In this document: positions 9,436 through 14,675 of the stretch, piece by piece
Layout of the letters: each line of letters opens with the position of its first letter
Position numbering within the stretch: the first letter of the stretch is position 1
IMG/VR virus record: IMGVR_UViG_3300041097_000006
DNA: 64,000 nt
From: a virus
Strand: one strand, 5' to 3'
The notes under the pieces: generated by a model
What the model saw: the letters and a program-made list of their open reading frames with translations, nothing else
What the model was told of the DNA's origin: nothing
The model's database searches: none
Program-made: the position numbers and the translations under genes

Positions 9436-9600
9436 TTCTCGGGCACGCTTGAGCGCAGCCCGCAGCCATTCTTTACCGCCGAGGCGGTCGTACTTCGCCT
9501 TCTCGGCTTCCGTTACCCGCTCCCGAATCATGGCCGTCTGAGCCTCTTCTGGTGGCAGTGCGGGGCGTCCGCGTGGCTTCTTTGGGGCCGCCTTAGTCAT
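9430..9600 (-). CDS. Cassette 1: 56-aa ribbon-helix-helix-like DNA-binding protein
   Basis: MTKAAPKKPRGRPALPPEEAQTAMIRERVTEAEKAKYDRLGGKEWLRAALKRARET; paralogue at 12048-12215; TAA stop is the complement of the TTA in R'. Confidence 0.7.
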   Translation of the reverse strand: MTKAAPKKPRGRPALPPEEAQTAMIRERVTEAEKAKYDRLGGKEWLRAALKRARET

Positions 9601-9877
9601 TCGCGCTCCGCAGGTATTCGCGCAGCGTGAGCGTTTCTCCGGCGTGCAGCCGCTTGTTGCACTTCGGACAGGTGTATGTCGAGCCGTGCGAACCGTCGCT
9701 ATGCTCGCAATCAACCGGGTACGGTGCTTCTGACCAGCCGCGCGCCATGTTCCACAGGTCAGGCTCGCCATCGCTGCATGGCGTACCTGGCCGAGATTGC
9801 GCTCCGCAGCACTGGCAAACCGCCCGCACTTTCCCATTCCTCGCTCGCACATAATTGACCGCTTTGCTGGTGCTCAT
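9593..9877 (-). CDS. Cassette 1: zinc-ribbon protein (CxxC...CxxC), unknown function
   Basis: VCQCCG...TYTCPKCN; GGGAG 7 nt before ATG 9877; overlaps the start of the regulator gene. Confidence 0.7.
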   Translation of the reverse strand: MSTSKAVNYVRARNGKVRAVCQCCGAQSRPGTPCSDGEPDLWNMARGWSEAPYPVDCEHSDGSHGSTYTCPKCNKRLHAGETLTLREYLRSAND

Positions 9878-9909
9878 CGTTTGCTCCCGCTTTCGTTGAT
9901 CGTGCATTT

Positions 9910-9955
9910 AGTGTGGCACAACAATTAGCGGTGCGCAAGCATTATTTGTGGCACA
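9910..9955 (-). promoter_or_regulatory. Cassette 1 sigma70-like promoter with two TGTG-G-CACA operator-like palindromes
   Basis: Minus strand TTGCGC-17bp-CACACT; TGTGGCACA at 9912-9920 and 9947-9955; same layout in cassette 6. Confidence 0.6.
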
Positions 9956-9958
9956 AAA

Positions 9959-10016
9959 ACCTAACTCCACATTGCACCGGATCGCCTCCGGCGCCCGGTG
10001 AATTCAGTCGTTAGAG
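9959..10016 (+). repeat. attC: attC site 2 (58 bp, intact)
   Basis: ACCTAAC TCCAC ATT[G]CACC GG[A]TCGCCTCCGGCGCCC GGTGAAT TCAGTC GTTAGAG. Confidence 0.92.
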
Positions 10017-10273
10017 CGCATGCGAATCTTGTCCGCCGCATCCCCAGCCGTTCCGTGTTCGTGGTCGCAGATGTTTGCGCAAACCTCGCGCTCGGCGAGC
10101 ACAGCCAGCCCGACGCAGTTCTCCGCAATCGCTTCTACTTGCTTGCGCCCGTCGCGCTCGCCGGCTTTGTATGCCGCTTGCGCAACCTCTTCCGCGTCCG
10201 CTCTCCCGATCCCATGCCCGGCCATCATGGAGTGGTATCGCTTGCTGCGCTTCTTCCAGTCTGCAAAGCTCAT
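10004..10273 (-). CDS. Cassette 2: 89-aa hypothetical phage protein
   Basis: GGGAG SD; AAYKAGERDG...AEREVCANIC...AADKIRMRSN resembles small phage proteins; ends inside attC2. Confidence 0.7.
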   Translation of the reverse strand: MSFADWKKRSKRYHSMMAGHGIGRADAEEVAQAAYKAGERDGRKQVEAIAENCVGLAVLAEREVCANICDHEHGTAGDAADKIRMRSND

Positions 10274-10302
10274 TTGTCGTTCTCCCTCTTGTCGGCCGTG
10301 CG

Positions 10303-10360
10303 CTCTAACACTACGTTGCAGCCGACCGCCTTCGGCGGCGGCTGAACTTCGACGTTAGAG
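10303..10360 (+). repeat. attC: attC site 3 (58 bp, intact)
   Basis: CTCTAAC ACTAC GTT[G]CAGC CG[A]CCGCCTTCGGCGGCG GCTGAAC TTCGAC GTTAGAG. Confidence 0.95.
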
Positions 10361-10367
10361 CGCTCCA

Positions 10368-11060
10368 TCACTCCGCACCAAAGCTCGCGGCAAGCCGGTC
10401 GTCGAAAGCGTCGTCGCTCTTGTCGCGCAAGATGCCCTCGAAAAACACGTCGGGCTCAGACTCCAGCAGGAAATGCGTCGCGCACGTCCAGGCTTTCGCC
10501 TCATCCTTCGCTTCCGGCGTCATCCTCTCGCTGCGGTCAATGGCCGCGAGGTATTCGCACTTCCGGCACTCTTGGCCGAGTCCGCAGCGCAAATGGTTGT
10601 CGGGTAGCGGCATCGCCGGTCTGGGGTCGTGGCCGCACATCTTGTAGCTGGTCGGCATGCCGCGCTCGCGCTCGTACTGGAACAGCAGCACCATGCGTGG
10701 CACTTCGTCGCTGATCTTCATTGCCGAGTACATCACTCGCGGCCACTCGCCGCCGTTCTCGCGCAGCCGGTCGCTCTCGGCGTTGCAGGCAGCGTGCCAT
10801 GCGTGGTCGCCGCATCCGCGCTGGTCAGTTCCACGGTTCGCCCGTTCCAGCCGCATTCCGCGCATGTACTCGGCGCCTTCCTTCAGCTGCTCCAGCATGT
10901 TGCCGCGGTCTCTGGCATAGCGGCGCAGGTACACGCCGGCCATCAGGCGGTCCTTCTGCTCAGGCGTCATTTTGTCGCGGTCCATGCCGGGCCAGCGCCA
11001 TAGCTCTTCGTGGTCAATCCGGTTCGCCAGTGCTTCCAGTTCTTCGGGTGTTGCTGCCAT
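10368..11060 (-). CDS. Cassette 3: ~230-aa hypothetical protein with Cys/His-rich C-terminal half
   Basis: Long ORF filling the cassette; GGAG 9 nt before ATG 11060; CGH...HLRC...ECRKC...WTCATH. Confidence 0.8.
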   Translation of the reverse strand: MAATPEELEALANRIDHEELWRWPGMDRDKMTPEQKDRLMAGVYLRRYARDRGNMLEQLKEGAEYMRGMRLERANRGTDQRGCGDHAWHAACNAESDRLRENGGEWPRVMYSAMKISDEVPRMVLLFQYERERGMPTSYKMCGHDPRPAMPLPDNHLRCGLGQECRKCEYLAAIDRSERMTPEAKDEAKAWTCATHFLLESEPDVFFEGILRDKSDDAFDDRLAASFGAE

Positions 11061-11089
11061 CTTCAAATTCTCCAAGTTCTACCACCGCG

Positions 11090-11146
11090 CTCTAACTATC
11101 GCTTGCAGCGGACGCCGTACCGGCGCCGCTGAAGCTGGCGTTAGAA
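11090..11146 (+). repeat. attC: attC site 4 (57 bp, intact)
   Basis: CTCTAAC TATCG CTT[G]CAGC GG[A]CGCCGTACCGGCGCC GCTGAAG CTGGC GTTAGAA. Confidence 0.95.
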
Positions 11147-11398
11147 CCCTTGAAACTCGCCCATGCGCTCGAACTGGTCGCGGGTCAGGAATACCGGCGT
11201 CACGGTGTATTCGCAGTCGCTCTCCGCAACCATCGCCTCAGCCTCGGCCGGCTCCATCACGCACGCGGTGCCGTCGTGCTCGACGCGAGAAAATCGCTCC
11301 GTCTTGTAGTCTTCGCACCCCGGCGCATGGTCAGCCGGTGGGTATTTGCCGCCCTTCGTTTCTTGCCAGTCGCGGCACCAGTCCTTGCAGTTGCACAT
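11141..11398 (-). CDS. Cassette 4: 85-aa hypothetical protein (Cys-rich N-terminus)
   Basis: MCNCKDWC...HAPGC...; SD GGAGG comes from the attC5 spacer; TAA stop lies in R' of attC4. Confidence 0.7.
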   Translation of the reverse strand: MCNCKDWCRDWQETKGGKYPPADHAPGCEDYKTERFSRVEHDGTACVMEPAEAEAMVAESDCEYTVTPVFLTRDQFERMGEFQGF

Positions 11399-11401
11399 GG
11401 G

Positions 11402-11489
11402 TTCTAACCCTCCGTTGCAGCAGACGCCGTGAAGCGCCGCAGGTTTATCCAAGCGCCGTCGCGCGGCGCTGCTGAACTACACGTTATGC
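11402..11489 (+). repeat. attC: attC site 5 (88 bp, intact)
   Basis: TTCTAAC CCTCC GTT[G]CAGC AG[A]CGCCG...CGGCGCT GCTGAAC TACAC GTTATGC. Confidence 0.93.
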
Positions 11490-12004
11490 GACGCAGCCCG
11501 AATCTCCCACAGGGTTCGAGCAACCCCGCTTTCCTCGGTGGCATCGCGCTTGTCCCGGAGCTTCACGCTGCTTTCGGCCCAGTTCTTGCGCGGTGCCAAG
11601 TCCTTCGCTTTCACCCAACCGGCAGCGCGGAGGGATGCCCCGCTTTCGTCCTGCCGGGTGTAGGTAATACACCGCCTGTACCCCATGGCTTTCGCCGCCC
11701 GCCAAATCGCCCCATACAACATCGAGTTGGCATTTCTGGTTCCATCGGTGCAAGTGCGGTTAACTTCCAAGGTCAGGCCGTCGTCAAAGCACCGGGCCAC
11801 GGGTCGCCCAGCCGTAGCAACGCCAACCAGTTCGGTGCCCTGGCGCAGCCCAACCCCAAACTTCCAGCCTGTCGGCGGCTTGTTGTGTCGGCGCATCGCG
11901 GCCACGAACGCCTTGGCCTCTGCCAGTGTTATCGGCACCACATGCAAAACCGGCATAACAAGGCGGTCAAGCGGACCTGCCGAAACGGCGCTTTCGCTCA
12001 TCAT
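11477..12004 (-). CDS. Cassette 5: XF1762-family phage protein (GNAT-like fold, inferred)
   Basis: RHNKPPTGWKFGVG, LVGVATAGRPVAR.FDDGLTLEVNRTCTDGTRNANSMLYGA, ITYT..DESGASLRAAGW; start lies inside attC6. Confidence 0.8.
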   Translation of the reverse strand: MMSESAVSAGPLDRLVMPVLHVVPITLAEAKAFVAAMRRHNKPPTGWKFGVGLRQGTELVGVATAGRPVARCFDDGLTLEVNRTCTDGTRNANSMLYGAIWRAAKAMGYRRCITYTRQDESGASLRAAGWVKAKDLAPRKNWAESSVKLRDKRDATEESGVARTLWEIRAASHNV

Positions 12005-12046
12005 TTACCCTTATCTCGCGGCAGTCCGCTTACCTCTACGTTAGGT
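11953..12046 (+). repeat. attC: attC site 6 (94 bp, intact)
   Basis: GCATAAC AAGGC GGT[C]AAGC GGA[C]CTGCCG...CGGCAGTCC GCTTACC TCTAC GTTAGGT. Confidence 0.93.
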
Positions 12047-12051
12047 TTCAT
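12001..12051 (-). CDS. Possible 16-codon coupling mini-ORF through attC6 (MKPNVEVSGLPRDKGK)
   Basis: ATG overlaps the stop of the 12048-12215 gene and its TGA overlaps the ATG of the cassette 5 gene (ATGA at both ends). Confidence 0.4.
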   Translation of the reverse strand: MKPNVEVSGLPRDKGK

Positions 12052-12215
12052 TTCCGCGGCTTCCTGGCCAGCTCGCGCACAAGCCAAGCCTTCCCGCCAC
12101 GCGCTTCGTATTCAGCCTTCTGTGCCTCCGTCACCCGCTCCCGAATCATGGCCGTCTGCGCTTGGTCAGGCGGTAGCGCAGGACGGCCGGGCTGTCGTTT
12201 CTCGGCCTTGGTCAT
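12048..12215 (-). CDS. Cassette 6: 55-aa ribbon-helix-helix-like DNA-binding protein (absent from ORF track)
   Basis: Hand translation MTKAEKRQPGRPALPPDQAQTAMIRERVTEAQKAEYEARGGKAWLVRELARKPRK; 28/36 identical to the cassette 1 regulator core. Confidence 0.75.
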   Translation of the reverse strand: MTKAEKRQPGRPALPPDQAQTAMIRERVTEAQKAEYEARGGKAWLVRELARKPRK

Positions 12216-12403
12216 GCGGCAATCGCATCCACGCCAGGAGCGCGAATCACAAGATCATTGCTGCCGCAATCCGGGCAACAATAGTTGTCCACCTTGGTCA
12301 AGGTGCCATCGGCCTTCCAGCCGGTCCAAGGCTTGTTCTCCCGCTCTTCCAGCGGGAGAATTACGCGGCACTTCATGCAACGGAAATGGGTCTCGGTTTT
12401 CAT
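12212..12403 (-). CDS. Cassette 6: 63-aa zinc-ribbon protein
   Basis: FRCMKCR...YCCPDCGSNDL; GGAGG SD before ATG 12403; ATGA-coupled to the regulator. Confidence 0.7.
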   Translation of the reverse strand: MKTETHFRCMKCRVILPLEERENKPWTGWKADGTLTKVDNYCCPDCGSNDLVIRAPGVDAIAA

Positions 12404-12414
12404 CTTCGCCTCCA

Positions 12415-12558
12415 TTACTTCGGGGCGCGTTGCGTAACTTTGAGCTGACCCTTCAGGTGGCCTTCGAGAATTTCGATCTCGTAGAACATCCCGCCGTGAA
12501 TGGTCATGGTCTTGCCGGTATAGCGGGCTAGGTCGCCGTAGAAGTAGGTGGTTTTCAT
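12415..12558 (-). CDS. Cassette 6: 47-aa hypothetical protein
   Basis: MKTTYFYGDLARYTGK...; GGAG SD; first gene after the cassette promoter. Confidence 0.65.
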   Translation of the reverse strand: MKTTYFYGDLARYTGKTMTIHGGMFYEIEILEGHLKGQLKVTQRAPK

Positions 12559-12589
12559 GTTGCGCTCCGCGTTCGTTGATGGTGTAGTT

Positions 12590-12634
12590 ATTGTGGCGCA
12601 ATAATCAACCATTGTCAAGCGTTTTCGTGGCACA
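12590..12634 (-). promoter_or_regulatory. Cassette 6 sigma70 promoter with two operator-like palindromes
   Basis: Minus strand TTGACA-17bp-CACAAT; TGTGGCGCA at 12592-12600 and CGTGGCACA at 12626-12634. Confidence 0.7.
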
Positions 12635-12637
12635 GAA

Positions 12638-12707
12638 ACCTAACTCCACATTCCACCGGACGGCCCAAATCTGCGCTTTGGTCCTCCGGTGAATTCAGCC
12701 GTTGGGC
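12638..12707 (+). repeat. attC: attC site 7 (70 bp, intact)
   Basis: ACCTAAC TCCAC ATT[C]CACC GG...CC GGTGAAT TCAGCC GTTGGGC; close relative of attC2. Confidence 0.92.
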
Positions 12708-13258
12708 TTCATGAAAACGTACCAGTGCGTTCCGGCCTTCTTGCCGGAGGTGTTGCCGAACAGTGGCCGCACTGGCGTCAGATCCAAGACCTCGCGCACC
12801 TTCACTTGCGTTTCGTTCCACTTGAACACGAGCACGCCGTGAGGCCTCAGCACGCGGAAGCATTCGGCAAAGCCGGCGCGCAGGTCGTCGCGCCAGTCCT
12901 GGCCGAGCTTCCCGTACTTCGCCGCCAGCCAGGAGCGCGGGCCAGCGCGCACCAAATGCGGCGGGTCAAACGCTACGAGGTGGAAGCTCTCTTCCGGGTA
13001 TGGCAGCGCCCGGAAGTCCATCATCACGTCCGGCTCAATGCACAGCGTTCGCGTGCCATCCTCGCGGCCGTGCGAGCGGTCGGTCACGGTCACGGTCTCG
13101 CTGCGCCGGTCTCCGAACACGACGTCCGGGTTCTCGCGGTCAAACCAGAACATCCGGCTACCGCAGCAGGGGTCAAGCACGCGCGGCATGCAGCCCAACC
13201 CGTCGGTCAACACGGACTGCCCGCCAGCAGCGTTCGTTCGCGCGTTGTGGTCGCTCAA
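12695..13258 (-). CDS. Cassette 7: phage SAM-dependent (putative DNA amino-) methyltransferase
   Basis: VLDPCCGSRMFWF, DFRALPY, VAFDPPHL, ECFRVLRPHGVLVFKWNE; SD AAGGAG and TTG start inside attC8. Confidence 0.85.
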   Translation of the reverse strand: MSDHNARTNAAGGQSVLTDGLGCMPRVLDPCCGSRMFWFDRENPDVVFGDRRSETVTVTDRSHGREDGTRTLCIEPDVMMDFRALPYPEESFHLVAFDPPHLVRAGPRSWLAAKYGKLGQDWRDDLRAGFAECFRVLRPHGVLVFKWNETQVKVREVLDLTPVRPLFGNTSGKKAGTHWYVFMKPNG

Positions 13259-13318
13259 CCTTCTTCTCCTTCGGTGGCCGCGCCAGAGGCGGGCAGCCGG
13301 TTACCTTCGACGTTAGAG
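13193..13318 (+). repeat. attC: attC site 8 (126 bp, intact, three extrahelical bases)
   Basis: GCCCAAC CCGTC GGT[C]AAC[A]CGG[A]CTGCCCGCC...GGCGGGCAGCCGGTTACC TTCGAC GTTAGAG. Confidence 0.92.
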
Positions 13319-13510
13319 CGCGTCTTGATCCTGCGCGTAATAGACCTTCCTCGCCTCGGAAATAACTTGCGTAATCGCAGAGCCGAGCCGCGAGGATGGC
13401 CACTTGTTTTCGAGTTGGTCCCGCAGAGCCGTCCACTCCTTCACCGACATGGTGATCTTCACGGTTGCCTCAATCTCGTCAGGCGCTTCAATCATGAATC
13501 TGGCTTTCAT
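13313..13510 (-). CDS. Cassette 8: 65-aa hypothetical protein
   Basis: MKARFMIEAPDEIEATVKITMSVKEW...; GGAG SD; TAA stop in R' of attC8. Confidence 0.7.
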   Translation of the reverse strand: MKARFMIEAPDEIEATVKITMSVKEWTALRDQLENKWPSSRLGSAITQVISEARKVYYAQDQDAL

Positions 13511-13533
13511 TTCTTTCTCCGTAGTTACCTGCG

Positions 13534-13578
13534 CTCTAACATTTGCGTCAACGCGGACGCTTCGCAAGCTCAGCGCCG
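13534..13578 (+). repeat. attC: attC site 9, truncated (R'', L'' and inner stem present; L' and R' missing)
   Basis: CTCTAAC ATTTG CGT[C]AAC[G]CGG[A]CGCT...AGCGCCG, then unrelated sequence in place of GTTACG...GTTRRRY. Confidence 0.75.
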
Positions 13579-13589
13579 ACTGCACCGGC

Positions 13590-13670
13590 ATTGTGGAACC
13601 GAAAATTTGCCTGGGAGCGACGGTTTCCATTCCGCCACGCCACGAAATTTTCACCCCCCTTCCCCTCCGT
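13590..13670 (-). other. Putative cos / packaging-initiation region
   Basis: G-rich run then AAAATTTC...GGAAACCG...AAATTTTCGG right after the HNH stop; in HK97-like phages cos lies between HNH and terS (inference from position). Confidence 0.4.
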
Positions 13671-14115
13671 CGATATTTTCCGAACAGGATCGGCCAATCG
13701 GCATTTCCCGCGGCCCGTCGTCCGGCTGCCGGCTCGTACCGTCACGCTGGCGCCCCGGGTGCCGCTCGTAGCCCCTCTGACGCTCCGCCTCCGACTTGGC
13801 ATCACTGCATGCCCGGCAGAGCCCTTGCGTATTCTCCGGCGTGTCCGAGCCGCCTTCAGCCAGCGGCACGATGTGATCCCGAATCGTCGCCAGTTCGACC
13901 CGTCCCGCCGCCTCACACGCCGCGCACAACGGGGAGTGCCGAAACAGTTCCTCGCGCTGCCGCTGGAGCCATCGCCCGGTTCTCCGCCGGCCCGTTTCGC
14001 TCGCGGTATTTTTCCACGCCGGTTGTTCGTGATCGCCACACCGCGAGGATTTACCGTCCGTTAATTCTGTGCATCCAGGATACGTGCACGGTTTTTTCGG
14101 TAATTTTCTCGCCAC
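13651..14115 (-). CDS. HNH endonuclease (HK97 gp74-like terminase accessory)
   Basis: KPCTYPGC...RC..H, PLCAAC...ATIRDHIVPLAEGGSD...N.QGLCRAC..AKS; GTG start after AGGAGG. Confidence 0.9.
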   Translation of the reverse strand: MARKLPKKPCTYPGCTELTDGKSSRCGDHEQPAWKNTASETGRRRTGRWLQRQREELFRHSPLCAACEAAGRVELATIRDHIVPLAEGGSDTPENTQGLCRACSDAKSEAERQRGYERHPGRQRDGTSRQPDDGPREMPIGRSCSENIDGGEGG

Positions 14116-14196
14116 GGTATTTCCTCCTGAAATATAAATAGGCATCCCGCATACCGTCCGGCCCGCCGTCCGATTCGCCCATCTCCTCCATCCCCT

Positions 14197-14396
14197 TGTC
14201 CGAAACGTCCGATTCACCTCCCCTTTAGGGGGTGAATCGGACGTTTCGGACATAGGGGAATGGATGGGCGTACGATAATCGACGTGACTAATCGGACATG
14301 AATCGTACGCTGATTCGTACGCTGCGAATACGAAAAATCGGACGATAATTATCGTCATGAACGCGGTAATTATGAGCCCGGTTATCATAATTACCG
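14197..14396. promoter_or_regulatory. Cluster of perfect inverted repeats (candidate replication origin or regulatory hub)
   Basis: 22-bp IR 14197-14218/14231-14252, 16-bp palindrome GACGATAATTATCGTC 14341-14356, 12-bp IR 14364-14375/14385-14396; recurrent AATCGGAC and CGTACG. Confidence 0.6.
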
Positions 14397-14675
14397 TACC
14401 GAACCCGCCCGCACCACGGGATACCGGCCCGTCCGCCAAATCGTCCAGGGCGAATTCAACGCCCCCCGTAACCCGCCGGGGGCCAGGTCCAGCAGCGCGC
14501 AACACCACACGAACCCGAACGGCCGGCGGTCGTCGCTGTATACCCACCGCGCGGGCTCCAGTGTGGCCGCCACGTCCGGGGGCATCTGGCGCAGGTTCGC
14601 CTGGTGGTCACGGACGGCCTGGAGGATGACGGCGGCCACCAGGCCCCGGTGAAACGCTATTTGCTCGGCGTTCAT
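14391..14675 (-). CDS. Hypothetical protein (94 aa)
   Basis: LVAAVILQAVRD...ARW..SDD..PFGFVWCC..LDL.P..LR pattern typical of small phage proteins; ATGA-coupled. Confidence 0.7.
   Translation of the reverse strand: MNAEQIAFHRGLVAAVILQAVRDHQANLRQMPPDVAATLEPARWVYSDDRRPFGFVWCCALLDLAPGGLRGALNSPWTIWRTGRYPVVRAGSVR

Larger units (their letters stand above)
9382..13578 (+). mobile_element. Integron-type gene cassette array without integrase (CALIN-like): 9 attC sites, 8 cassettes
   Basis: Repeated RYYYAAC-5bp-L''...L'-5/6bp-GTTRRRY imperfect palindromes separated by 0.3-0.8 kb gene-bearing segments; attC top strand is the + strand. Confidence 0.92.

Noticed and set aside
9382-13578. The repeats as a CRISPR array, REP elements or rho-independent terminators
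   Set aside because: Repeats differ in length and sequence, spacers are gene-sized and coding, there are no U-tracts, and the R/L box geometry with extrahelical bases fits attC specifically.
11429-13771. Long + strand ORFs across the array (11429-12448, 12689-13771) as sense-orientation cassette genes or an integrase
   Set aside because: They run through several attC sites, lack SD sequences and RHRY-type motifs, look like shadow frames, and lie opposite ORFs with clear family motifs.
13651-14547. 298-aa ORF as one long HNH fusion protein
   Set aside because: The N-terminal half reads through the palindrome cluster with no protein-like pattern; a strong AGGAGG-GTG start at 14115 gives a normal 154-aa HNH.
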